A stretch of 63,873 nt of DNA, filler included, from Polymyxa betae A26-41 (GCA_003693705.1; 5 parts of 5 records of this genome joined end to end with filler, not necessarily neighbours in it); one strand, 5' to 3'; numbered from the whole stretch's first letter, positions 23,659 to 36,530 are shown. Translations and numbers: made by a program. The notes: generated by a model from the sequence alone, not told the origin.

Positions 23659-26600
23659 TTAGAGTTGAAGAACATCGATCTTTTTGTCTTCGGTTGAATA
23701 CAGAATAATATAGCGTAGCAGCATGCGATGACGTTCGAGTTGCTGCTGTAACCAATCGCAGAAAGCCAACAGTGACCCACGATACACATGTCGACTGTTG
23801 TTGCATTGCTGTCTCAACATCTCTATGCCACTATAAAATGCAGTTGTACATGGTCGAATTGCAGAAATCGGTAAAGGCAATCCCACTTTCGCATTCATCA
23901 TATTAGAATCAGATTTGATGAAACGCCTTATGAACATACCGATCCTGTATTGGCTGGGGTCACAAGCAGAGACAAAAGGATTTGCAAGCGTAGTTGCAGT
24001 GCGGATATGCATGCTTCTAACGAAGCGATTAGGACAATCGAAAAGCAATAAATTGGAGAGTACTTAGCATGGCCTCGAAGCGGAGTGCTGGAATCAGGAT
24101 CGTCAATCATCTCGACAACGTTCCGATCGGAGAGTGCTGAGGTCAGCCCAGAATTAGCGGTTGATAAACTCCCATTAGGTGGTACAATCCCATCGGTAGA
24201 AGGATCTGCAAACACTAATTAGAATAGAGCACAGGTGAAAGATATACGTTGCTTGCCTTTGTCTAAAGACGAAGAGCTGCCTTTTCTTGCACTGGCTTGT
24301 AGAAACGAGACCAGATTGTTTAATTCAACCTTCAGTTGGAATCAAAAATTGGGGGGCGAAAACGTCGCAAATAACCTACTGGAAATCCCTGAGCATGTCG
24401 ATCACCGTGTTGATGATGCCGGGTGATATCAAAGACTTTGACCTGGTTAGAATATAAGCATCATCAAACTTGTTAAGCAGAGCCCTTGCCATTCCAGAAC
24501 CATACTGTGTCGCCCTGAAAACCACCAAAAACCGAATTCCGTGTAAGCGGCAATATCTCGGCAGCGCTGCTAGAGAAATGCTGGGATCTACATCATATTC
24601 TGCCTGAAAGCCATTCGACCAGAGCAAAGACGCGACACGGAACCTTAGCAAATCGCGTTGATAAGAGAGCTGAAACTTGACGTAAGGTATTATTTTACCT
24701 TTCTTCAAGCATTTTGTTCAAATTGCAGAACAGCAAAACAGACGAACTGGATGCAGCTTCCTGAGTGCCTGTCGGCAACAAGGACTCAAGGGCAACAGAA
24801 ATCCCAATGGCACTTTGTTGAGGGTTCTTGGCTGTAGGTGGACGAAACTTTGATATTAACTCGTCATATCTTCACAAAACAATCAGAATAATCAATCTGA
24901 AAATTCGGTTGTCAAGCAAAACCTTCCACCAATAGCAATGCTTTTGGCAGCGCCTGATGCATCGTGAACGACTTGGAATACAATACCGCCGTGATATAGC
25001 TGCCAATCGGCAACAACGCAAGCGTGGAAGCGAACCTGAACACGGTTAATAGAAGTGGTGTGAACTGAACGCACAGAAATACTGTTTGGGCTAGATGCGT
25101 TTGTTCAAGAATGCCGAAAATGGATTTCAAATTTTCCAACGATGAACGGACAGCGGGAATAGCACCCAGACCGTGACTGTTTAAGGCAGCTTCAAACCTA
25201 TGAGTGTAAAGAAGGGCGATATCGACTTTCAGATAAAATACTTCGGGAGTGTCGCATTTGCAGATCCTCGTAAGCCTGCATACACATCCAGGACCGCGGC
25301 AGCTTCTTCTGGCAAGCCGTATTCTAAATGAAATTTCAATGAAGAGAAGGGTGACAAAAGTGGAAGAACCTTGAATTAGAAATCTTCTGATTTGCTGCCA
25401 GGGAGTGTAGCAAACACGGCCCAGATGCGACTCAATTGCAGCCCTGGTCTAAATACAGTATAAGGGAGTGCATTTCGAAGCTGGCCAAATACCTCGTACA
25501 TGCGGATATTTGGTGACAGGGATAAACTGATCCAATATTGCAGCAAGTATCCTTAAATCATTGATGTAGATGGTAGCTCGAGCATGGCTTCCAATTAATG
25601 TCGATACAACATCATCAAGAATTCGTAACAACTCGCATGTATAATAGACATGAAATCGTCGATAAGAAGTCGAAGGGTAAACCTATAGAATCCATTACCA
25701 AGCGCAGTCAAAGAGAATTGTGCACTCTACCATGTCGAATGTAGAAACGAGAATTTGAATTGGTTGACCGCCACCAACGGCTTGTCGATAAACCCGAGAA
25801 ATATCGAATCGGCGCATAGAAGAAACACCTCGTAAAGCAACCTAGAGAATGTTTGGAAGCGATAAATGATGGAAAAAACAAGTACCATTCGAGCAAATGG
25901 AACAGTCAGTGAATGAGGCAACTGAACGAGAACACCAAAGGCATCCATCATGACGATAGGATTACTTTCTTTGATAGCAGTCACTACGAATTTCAGTCAA
26001 AATTGAAAAAAATGGTGCAAAATAAAAATACGCTTTGGTGTTAAAATTGGGGTGGAGTAACGAACAGCCGCGTGACGTTTGAAAATCTCCTCAATCCGGG
26101 ATACAATTCTCATTGATGCAGGAGTATGAGCAGAAGAAAAATTTCCCTAGGGGTTATCAGCTAGAGGAAGTAGAAAACTTATACATGATACCTGATTGGT
26201 GGCTGAGACAGGATCCATATCGAATGTCATGTCAATCGCACGATCTGGTGTAATACGAAAAAGAGTCCCAACAACCCGAGAGCGGAATGCAGAATTTGGT
26301 ACAGAAAGCGAGTCCAGAGCGGTTTGAATTTGAGCTTCATCCTCAGCCAGAGGTATCAGACCTTGTCTAATTCAAAATCAGTAGCAGTAGCAGAAAAAAG
26401 ACAAAAGAGCTACTTCAGAAGGGTCTCAGCGGACGGCCTTCTCTTTGGATCACGATCGAGCAACATCGACACAATCGAGCGAAACTCATGCACAAAACGC
26501 TTGCATTTTAATTCAGTGGCATGATCAACAGCTCCTAAGCGCGGTGAACCAATGAAATCTGAAAAAGCTTTTGCTAACCAGTCTTCCTTAAAGCAGTCAA

Positions 26601-29284
26601 CGCAATGTGTCGCTCCATCGCGGTAGTGAAATAAGTGAACATTTCAAATAAAGTTATGCCCAAAGCATACATATCCGTCTTATCCAATATCTCACCACCT
26701 GAAGACAATTCAACTTAGCATCAGATGGAAAAAAGTATAAACCTGTTTCAGCCTCAGGTGAGCGATAATACGGGGTGCCCACACAGTCGGAGTGGGTGCC
26801 ATTCTTCATGCTCATTTCAATGATCTGACACGCAAAACACATCTATACCTTCAATCCATCACCGGACCCGCTATCTTGCAGAAGTTCAGCATTCCGAGAA
26901 ATTGCTAAGCCTATAATGATCAAGAATCAGAAGAGGCGAGGCAAAATCAACAAACTTACCAAAATCTCCAATTTTGATATCACCACTTTCATCGAAGAAG
27001 ACTATCCAAATTCAGCACATTCAGTAGCTAAACTCAACGACTAACCGTTGGGCTATAACAATCTAAGTATAAAAAGCACAGCATTTGAAAAAAACCCGAC
27101 CGGTTTGATATCGCGATGTACTACTCCTTGTTGATGGATGTACTGCAAAGCTTCGCACAGCTGCCGAAAAATTTTCCAAACAGCAGATTCTGTGACACCG
27201 CCTTCATCAATAACAGCACGAAGGGTCTTATTAGGGCAGTATTCAAACTGAATGAATCTGCCACGATACTTACGAAAACGTTCCAGAAACGATAAATATC
27301 TTACAGAGTTTCTTGCTCACCGGAAGGCGCTTCATCACTCAAAAAATCACTTCCGGGGCTATGAATAGCTCCACTGAAAACTATTAGCTTATGCTGATAA
27401 CACTACAATATGGAATTAGTAATAATACCTCATCCAATCGTGAACAGAGTCATGTGTAGTATGAGACGGCGCTGTAATCAATACATCTTGGGATGTCTCT
27501 TCCTGATCCGAGCTGCGCTCTATCCAGCTTTGGTAGTAGCGAACTACCGTAAAGTAAATCAGAATGAACGGCTACAGTATTAATCAACTACCGATATAGC
27601 GGTGGTGTAGCCTAAACAGTAAACATCAGATATGATTACACCATACGAATACACCACGCTTGGTAAACTACCTAGCAATGGTGGTAACCTCTCGCAGGAT
27701 TCGGGCTCTAGCTTTGACATTTCCTATCGGTAACGGGACCTTGGTTAGGGAATCAACAAAGAAAATACAGCAGTTTTAACATCAGGAATAACCTTTTTAA
27801 TACCAAACACGATCCCATCCAAAATATTTCTACACCAGTGTTAGGGTAATTGCCATCGGAAACAGAATATACCTGGCTTTGACGACACTGCCAAATCCAC
27901 CTTGTCCAAGAACGCCCAGCTCAGAGAAGTTTTCCAGATAGCGTGAGCTTCTTCGACCACCAGTTTTGATAGAATATAGCTCATCAGCATCCTTTGCTGC
28001 AGCGGGCAGCGTTAGTGGCTAAATCAAGTGTGGGATATCATGCCAAGAAGGAGCTGTGATCTAATACCGTCGGCGTAGTGGCACTTCTTTGTGCTCTGGA
28101 TTCCAGAAACCGTTGCAAAGGAGTTCCAAGAGCTTCGTTGAAAGACAAAGCGATCATTTCGTCATCTAAAAACTTTCAGGTATGGAGCGAAAACCGAAAC
28201 GGTCGAACGTGCCCGTATGCTCGGAATCAAGGGCGGAAGATTCAGCATTTTCACTAGAATCGGATGTCTTCTCATCAAAGTCTGAGCCATAAGACAGAAA
28301 ATTAGTGGTAGACCGCGAATCCTCTTCTTTCACATCCCTATTAAAAATTAATCGATAATAAGCAGTGGTAAGGAAACCGGCCTACAAATCCTTATCAAGT
28401 TCAAAATCATCCATATCGAAGATATCATGAGCGGTTGACCGACTCCGAGAGGGAGACCTGATTTGGCCTAACAAAATACAATGGTCATGGTTAGAGAAGA
28501 AATTGTATGCACATGACCATACTGGGTTTCACCGGACCACGTATTGATTTCGATTGCTCAATACGAGCAGCTTTCTTACTGAGTTCCTCTTCAACACGTT
28601 TTTGAAATGACGAATGTTCGACCGACTCCTTTTCGTCTCTTTGCTTGCTTTGCCTTTGCAATTCAAGTTCTTCGCGCTGCGCCTTCATTATTGTCATTTC
28701 AGCATGAAAAGATTCCGGAATCGGAGAGCCTATTTAGCATAAGAATGCAAACATAATGCAGAAGAATAACAATCAGGTTACCATGCTCGTCAAGATAATC
28801 GGCGCAACACGAAACCAATTCATATACACAAACTTCTCCTGCTTTGGACACAGCAATATCGTGAAGCACCGCGATGAGATTCTACAAAATGTGTTGGCAG
28901 CATAAGGGTACGAAAATGAGAACAATCTCGTCACCTTCTGATCATCAACATTAAGTCCCTTGATACTGGATAAAGAAAACTTGGGAGCATCGTGCGGATA
29001 TTCTCTTGGCAAACTGAAGATGAAACATGCATCAGTGGCATCATAATTTGAGAAAATTACTGCCAGCTACTTTAGCTGTAATGTCAGATGAATGGCAGCC
29101 TCATTTCTAGCCTGCACTTTGACGGCGAAAGCACGAGGAAAATCATAATCGGCATCGTCTTCAAGCAGTTCAAAATCATCAAGGTACATATTTTTCAGTA
29201 GTTCTATTTCAGTTTCTTGGACCTCGAGAATCTAGAGACAAAAGAAAATTATAAGAATCCACACAAAAAAAGTCGATCTGACAT
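23659..29284 (-). CDS. GCN2: eIF2-alpha kinase GCN2 (multi-exon)
   Basis: RWD domain (QETEIELLKNMY..LPREYPHDAP). Kinase motifs LGQGGFGSV, REVTTIARLHHRYIVRYYQSW, HRDIKP, IKIGDFG, GTPYYRSPE. HisRS-like domain (YHGGIVFQ, IAIGGR) and C-terminal ILYSTEDKKIDVL. First exon boundary uncertain. Confidence 0.92.
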
Positions 29285-30254
29285 TTTGCCGGCGCTGAAA
29301 CTCCTTATCTCTTTCTCGTGAGAGTTTTCGCGCAGCCGAGCGCGCCCGGCTTTTATTCCCCATGGCCGGGGTCGAATGTCGACGGCTGGGAGGTCAATAG
29401 CGATCGAAATTTTAACAGTGACAGCGCAACAATCGCAAAGGCAGAGGGTCGGGTCACACTTACACAAGATGGCACCGACAAAGAGATGGAGAGAGGATTT
29501 ATGAAGGATCCCTCCACCCAGCTTACAGTGCCAGAGCGATGGCTGTCATGGGCTCACACTTCGGGAGGCAAATCGATAGGATAGTTGCGAGCTCGGGATT
29601 GCTGCCTCCTAAGTTCACCTAAAGGGCTACGCACGCGGCTCCTAAGGGGGCTGCGTACGGCTCCCAAGGGTCTGCGATGCGTTCTGTTTGCTGCTAGCGA
29701 ATCGCGACGTTCGACGAGACTTGCTGTCCACCACAGAATCTTGCGCGGGAATTATGCAGCTGATGTGTGATGACTACCTGTAATGACCAGCTGAAATGCA
29801 ACACAGACGCGTTTAAGGTTTTCTAGAATTTGAATAAGCGTTTACAGACACGATACCTCAGCTCTTCGCCATGATAATAAAGTATTAGAATCATCAATCT
29901 AATCGAGAATCCCATCATAAATATTTTCTGTTTTGTTCTTATAAAGTTTTTGCTCCATGTTAATGCCTAATTTTTACGTTATGCCATCACTGGCCTTACA
30001 TGCTAGTACTCGATTTCTTCTTTTATCATGGCCGAAGGATTTTCGGATGTTAATTTAGGGTGCTAATGCCGCATCAAGCCCTTTCTCCATTCAAATCTTG
30101 GCTTTTGCCGCAGTCAAATCTTGGCTGGCTCTTGCTTGCCTTATCTCCCTCTGTGACGATCAATCAAGAAGGAAGGTGCTGTTCGGTGCTTTGGCCTCAG
30201 ATCTCGAACTCGAGATCTTTGTGGTACTTGTGTTAATCACCAATCAGCTAAGCC

Positions 30255-32905
30255 ATGGCGCCAAGACCGATTCGTTTTGAGTATTTATGGCAAATGTAAT
30301 GTCGAATTCTCATTAGTCTCTGATTTTGATTTTTCGTTTGAATGCAGAATACTTTTCAGTTATACACCGATGCTTAAACTGACCTTGGATTAGATTCACG
30401 ATAGGTTATGACGATAGCGAAGAATTTGATATCGAGATAATCAAAGCACAGATATACTCGATTACAGAAATCGAGCCCAGCATGCAGCATTTTGAGCCCG
30501 ATCTGGAATCACAGAATCTTTCTCAAATTCTACAGCTGAGACCCCGATATCCCGAACCTGAAATTGACCCTGAAATCGTTCTGTCGTCTATCGGTAAGGG
30601 ATCTAAAATATTTATATAACAGTATTGTATCTTAAGCAAGTTAGACTGGCAGGCAGGATGTAGTCGTATCTGGCTTGGAGATTTGCCAGCAGTTCAGCCT
30701 GTTGCTGTATCTGGAGATCTTCGGCTATGCATTCCATGTGCTACTTCTTGCTGCGCCCAGCGTGGAATCACTGTTTCTTTGACTAACCAGTCAGCTCAAG
30801 CCTTTGTTTGCCAATGTCAAGAGACGTGTCTTTTCCAACCCAGGTCGTAAAGTTGTTAGACACTCTTTTCTGTTCCTAATAGCTTGTCCTAGATTCTCAA
30901 GACGAAACGAAGTTCTTGCTGATCCATATCGAGGTTATTTGGTCAAAGTTTTGAAAGAGCAACAGGCTCGGCAAGGTTTCAGACAGCTCGATATGCTGTG
31001 AATGTAATACTCAGCTGGGTTCAGACGAGGCCATTATTACTAAAGGCCACAATGAGTTCAGCGCCCGGCTTCAATCCAATATGCGACAAATCGCAGATTT
31101 CGAAGACGCCGAAAACCAGCGTCGTGCCTTATCTGTCATCCCGCTTCAAGTATTGATTGATCGTGGCCAAGGTTTCTTCTCGCTGTCACTCTGTTATTGA
31201 ACTGAAATCTACCAGCGCGAGGCACTGAAGCCTTGAGCCCACGAGATGAGCTCATTTACCAACTTTTGAATTGGTTCAAGAACGAGTTCTTTCAGTAAGA
31301 TCCACAAAAAGAAATTCAAGAACAATTTTTATAATTTGTGCAGATGGGTCAACTCACCACCGTGTGAGAAATGCAGTAAAGAGACATCAGCAAAGGGACA
31401 TACTGCTCCTTCAGCCGAAGAGCGTCGTTTTGGAGCCGGTATCGTCGAGCTGCATCAGTGCGGAACCTGCCAGGAGATCACTCGATTTCCTCGCTACAAT
31501 CACAGCGGGAAGTTGATTGAGACACGACGTGGGAGATGTGGCGAGTGGTTCGTGTTGCTTTACTTTGCTTGCTTTCATCACTGATCGTTTTGTGCTAGGG
31601 CGCAGGTGCTCAGTTTTTATCGGAGCTGTTTATAACGTTTTCAGATTTTGTTGTTTGAAATTCTGCATTGTCAATGGTTTTGTTGTTTTTTTCGGATTTT
31701 TTTTGCTTGTAATTTTGGACCTTTTTAATAAAGAAAACAACGGGATCTGATTAAGTTTCGTAGGCTTTTGTGTTGTGCTGTAGGGCGCTGAAGTTTGCTA
31801 CAAGGTTCGTGGTAGATTGGACAGATCACGTGTGGGCTGGTAACTAAACTTTATCAGTTCTTTGATGAAATTTGTGAATTGTTGCTAGAGGTATATAGCG
31901 AAGCTAAGCAACGCTGGGTCCATTGCGACCCCTGTGAAAACCGCTATGATTCTCCTTTATTATGTCGGTGCACGTTGGATTCTTGGTATTGTGGCTGACA
32001 AAATATATAGATGAGGCCGGTTGGGGCAAAAAACTCACTTACGTTATTGCATTCTCAGGTAATGTCGATTTGTGAATGATCATCTCTATCTGAATACGAA
32101 TGCAGTTGATGGTAAAACATGGGATTTTTGCTATTAGCCAAATCCTCTGATGTTTTTTAAAGAGGTTCGTGATGTCACAAGAAGATACACTACCAAGTTT
32201 AAAGATGAAGTTCTGTCTCGAAGAAGATCTTGCCAAGAAGAATGGCTCGTTGGTACATTGCAGAATATTAACAAAGCATTGAACAGGCAGATGCCGTCCA
32301 GGGTCTTGTTAATAGAGCAACGATGGGCTGAAGAGTTAAAGCACCTGGATGGCAGCGCTATGGCATCAGCCTGCAATGTATGTTGGTACTTTTTGCTTCA
32401 GACTTATACTGATGTCGCTGTTAGCAACCGGTGACCGGACGCCAAACGGGAACAATAGAATGGCGTCGAGCGCGTGGCGAGCTTGGTGAAGCTGCACTGG
32501 CGGATGGTTCAAATGGCAAAGTACCTTCTGGAACACAGTCATCGGATTTGCCAAAATCCTCAAAAGATGTCAAACTCTCCAGATCTCAGCTACAGGATCT
32601 TATCAAGGCGTATGTGTTCCCTTCACTGATATATCTTGATTGTCGTGATCCATGTGCTAGGTATTTTTCGCAGATGACTTCAGGTTGCGGAAGGAAAGAT
32701 TGCCAGAATACAGAGTTCTGTGCTTCGGCAAAAGGTAGTGCAATGTTTGGGATAGATAATGTTGCTGTTTTCAGAAATTTCGTCTTCAGATTCATCTGTG
32801 AAGGCGTGTCCTCAAAAAGAGCTTCTAAGTAAATCGGTTCTGGTTGTGCGTGACTCGTTAGACAGCAAACTATGCATGAATCTCGCACCGCGTCCAAGCC
32901 AATAA
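30255..32905 (+). CDS. PNG1: Peptide:N-glycanase (PNGase/NGLY1) with extra N- and C-terminal domains (multi-exon)
   Basis: LLNWFKNEFF|WVNSPPCEKC, VELHQCGTC..RFPRYN, TRRGRCGEW, DWTDHVW, RWVHCDPCE, YEAGWGKKLTY, GRQTGTIEWRRARGE. Confidence 0.92.
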
Positions 32906-33089
32906 TGATCTCAAGTTGCCATGCGTTGAAATAGTCATTCAGTTTTAGGGTATCAAGCCTGAGAAAAATTGCAAAGTTGTTGATTAGGATGGTTTTCATT
33001 GAAGTAAATGTGCAATTTGATCTAGATTCGATTGGTGTGGTTTGTGATTAATTCCGTTAGAAAATGCGATACGGAATTCTTCAACGAAT

Positions 33090-33172
33090 CCCTCCTTAGC
33101 TCAGTTGGAAGAGCGGGGCACTGTAGTAGTACTGTAATGCTCAGGTCACCCGTTCGACCCGGGTAGGGGGGA
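33090..33172 (+). tRNA. tRNA-Tyr (GTA) with ~10-nt intron
   Basis: Cloverleaf: acceptor CCCTCCT/AGGGGGG, D arm GCTC-AGTTGGAA-GAGC, anticodon stem GGGCA/TGCTC with CT-GTA-G plus intron TAGTACTGTA, T arm ACCCG-TTCGACC-CGGGT. Downstream T-run terminator. Confidence 0.92.
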
Positions 33173-33763
33173 TTTCTTTTTTTTCGACATCATTATCAGT
33201 TAATGATTTCTGTACGTCCTTGCTACGATTCTGGATTCGTCTGCCTGTTGGACTTTGGAATTTTCCTGGCTGATTGCATGTGATGCTCGTTGTGACGCAA
33301 ATCCTCACCTCTGTTCGCTTGGCAGAAGGCAATCGAAAATTTTAGAGCAATGCATATCGAAAGTGTAGCGCCTCTTCTTAGGGCATTTTTAGTCCCACAA
33401 ATGCTTAGATCACCAAAATAACCGTTCATAATAATATCAGTTTTCATTTGAAAAATTCAGACAGCCTGCCAGGTCCAAAGAAAGGCTGGTGGCTGCTTCA
33501 CTCAAGTTATCGTCTTGTCGGCGTACTCGTCCTTCGGGCCGTTGGCAGTTGCCTCACCACAACAGCGCTCCAGCAGCAACGGTCAGAAGCCATAGATCAT
33601 CAAGCAATCCAATGTCCTTCTTCGATCTGTTCCATATTGGTCAATTTTCTGGAACAATTTCGAATGTGGTCCCGTCCGTATCATATCGCCTCGACCTCCA
33701 GTACTATAGAGATGTTATAAATGACCACCTTCGTGTATCCTCAGCATCGATCTGGGTGTCAGA

Positions 33764-33905
33764 GAGTGTTCACTATATGGAGGAGAGCCTGACCGACTTC
33801 CAGGCGGCGGCCTCCTTCATATGTACATGAACCGATCTGAATGAGTGTTCACTATATGGAGGAAAGCCTGACCGACTCTGTCAGGTCGCAGCCTCCTTCA
33901 TACAT
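33764..33905. repeat. Direct tandem duplication (~75 bp)
   Basis: GAGTGTTCACTATATGGAGGA.AGCCTGACCGACT...GCCTCCTTCATA occurs at ~33764 and ~33843. Confidence 0.8.
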
Positions 33906-34760
33906 CAACCGACATTATCAATCTTAATCCTTTACCATAGCAATCGCCGACACGAACCCATCAAATGTCGGCGCCCAGGCCTGCTCCCCTTCCTGTCGCT
34001 GGTCGTCGTCCGCTGGAACACCGACACAGCTCGGCCAGTGCGCCCTGGATCGGGTGGTGCCCGCCGCGATTATGGCGAGCGCTCTCATGCTTCTCTCTAA
34101 TGAAGGCTTCATCGTCTTCACTTCAAGCCTGTACGTTGGCTTCAATTAGACCGGGCGGAGCGTCCGCTTGCCGATCATTCGCTATCCGGCAGGGGTTCTC
34201 CTTCTAATGTTTGCAGTTCTGTCACGACTTCATCGTAGTTCAAATTCGCCAAATCGGTCCAGGGTCCAGCTGGCCAAGCTCTGCCGCCTTGACAACCGGT
34301 ATCTGCGGCCGAATATCTCTCTGGAGATGAATCTTCCGGCCCATATCGCGCCTTTACATGAACTCGACTTAGGCTTCGATCGAAACCGGCCTGATTCACA
34401 ATTCATGTTTGTGACAGCTCCCGCCGAGCTGCTCAGGGTAATGGAGGTAAACTCGGAATTAACCTCCATACATCAATTCGTAGCCGCTAATCGCCGTATT
34501 GGGAGAAATTTGTGATGACAGAGGAGGGCCAGATCTTGCGACGTTTTCAATTTGAATACGAAAGCGACGAGCTTGTTTGCACGGGCGCCGCTATGACTAC
34601 GCCGTGTCTCTTGTCTCTGTGATTTCTTGAAGTCTTTAATGCAGAAGAAATCAATTCTTTGTCAAATGCCCATTTGCAAGCCGAATTTATAGTACAATAA
34701 TAATTCATTCTATTTGCTGATTATAAACGAATTTAGGAACGCTTTCCACCAGGCTGACAA

Positions 34761-35402
34761 TCATTGGCAGGATTGTGTTGTGGTAGAGGTGAATGGGAGC
34801 GCATACGAGAACGGGATGAACGTGAGCGAGACCCTAACGGTGGCGGCGATATCAATGACGAACTGGTTCGATTCGGCGCAGCTCTGCACGATGGCCAGCA
34901 GCGCCTTCGAATTGTAATCGTTCTGGCTCAGATTGATTTCCAGCTGGAACTCGTAGGTCGTCGTCTGCTTCGCCGGGAACGTCATGGCCGGCAACGTCGT
35001 CGTATTGAAGAACGGGTCGCCTTTGTACGACAACGTCAGCTCACCGGACCGCAGCTCGATCGCGTAGCTATTCCGATTCGTGACGTTCGCCATGACATCG
35101 ATGTCGGCGATCAACGACGTGTCGGTTCGCTGCAGGCGTCGCGTCTCGGCACGCGTCGTGATCGGCGGGTTCGTATCCGGGAACAGCACGGCGACGGCGA
35201 TGGCCAGCCCCACGGCCAGTACGGCCAGCGTCAAGCAGCAGCAGCACAGAGACCGACAGCTACAGCAGCACATCGTATGGTGTTGGTTCAGCTCGAGTCC
35301 GTCATCTGTATCTCGATACGGCGCCGTCTGTTCGAGAGCGTTCGAGATTGGCGAGAAAACCCTAACCCTAGCATTAGGGTTGCCGGCGTACAGCAAGATC
35401 AC
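34761..35402 (-). CDS. LEA_2/WHy-domain type II membrane protein
   Basis: Cys-rich stretch CCCSCRSLCCCC, one TM helix, then VTNRNSYAIELRSGELTLSYKG..LPAMTFPAKQTT typical of LEA_2. True start uncertain. Confidence 0.8.
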   Translation of the reverse strand: MILLYAGNPNARVRVFSPISNALEQTAPYRDTDDGLELNQHHTMCCCSCRSLCCCCLTLAVLAVGLAIAVAVLFPDTNPPITTRAETRRLQRTDTSLIADIDVMANVTNRNSYAIELRSGELTLSYKGDPFFNTTTLPAMTFPAKQTTTYEFQLEINLSQNDYNSKALLAIVQSCAESNQFVIDIAATVRVSLTFIPFSYALPFTSTTTQSCQ

Positions 35403-36530
35403 TTAGCTGGCATTGAGACTTGTAGATCTTGAAAACGAACTGTTGAGGTATGGCGGATTGAACAATTTTGCTCGAACGAACATTGTAAATAGTTGGGCCG
35501 GATCAGGCAGAAGGCCCACATGACGATCATAAGATAGAAGGCGGTAATATGAAGGGCTGGGAGGGGAGCCTTTACGTATTATTAAGCTGTGATAAAAAGT
35601 TTCGGCTCATGAATGCTCAATCTGCCAAAGTAAACGAATGTTGTCAATTTGAAACAGAAAAAACTAGGTTGGTTTATCATGATTGAAAATGTCGAGGAAG
35701 TTAATGTCAGAGCGGGCCAGGATGACCGCTGTCACATCGATTCAAGAAGCTGTCGGATATTCTTTCGGCAAATAGGGCAGCGGTCTGCAAGCGGGTTGTC
35801 ATTGGCGTCGAATTCTTTCTTCAGCTCCATTGCGCAATTCAAATGCAGGAAATGATCACAGAATATCAGCGAGCAGATATCAAGTTTCACCTAAAACACA
35901 AACTCAGAGAATATCTTTTTTTCTGGTAGAATTTAATACATTATTGACGTTAGGGTTCGCCATTCGCATCCAGCAATCCATTGAAGCAAATTACGCATTT
36001 GTTCGTGACGAAATCCCGCTTCTGGACAACAATCAATAAAATTCCGAAAAAAAACGAACCTGCTATGTGTGCATCTAAGATGCACCGATAACTATGCGTG
36101 CATCACGGAGATGCGCATTTTAAGAAGTGCGCATCCATACAAACTCTATCTTAGTCTCTCTCTCCCTTCCTTTCTCGATAGTATCTCACATGTTGCAGAG
36201 ACCAAAAAATCTATTACTATATATGTAATCCGAGTAGCACTCCAGTCCTACTATGATACCTGGGGACCCGCCTGACTGGGCCCGGGTGACCCCGACGGGT
36301 TCACAGCTATGGCCTCAGTAGTGAACCCGTTATTGCATGGTGACCCGGGCAAACTAGGCACCGTTCGAAAGCTCTTGACGTCAGCTTTCCACTGGTACCT
36401 TTCATGAAGTTAGGGTTAGGAGCTTATAAANNNNNNNNNNNNNNNNNNNNNNNNNNNNNNNNNNNNNNNNNNNNTTAATTAATTAANNNNNNNNNNNNNN
36501 NNNNNNNNNNNNNNNNNNNNNNNNNNNNNN

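Noticed and set aside
29618-29680. Three ~21-bp imperfect repeats in the GCN2/PNG1 divergent intergenic region
   Set aside because: Short and degenerate; no function can be supported from sequence alone.
34764-35432. 222-aa plus-strand ORF
   Set aside because: Antisense shadow of the GC-rich LEA_2 gene, with Arg-rich non-protein-like composition.
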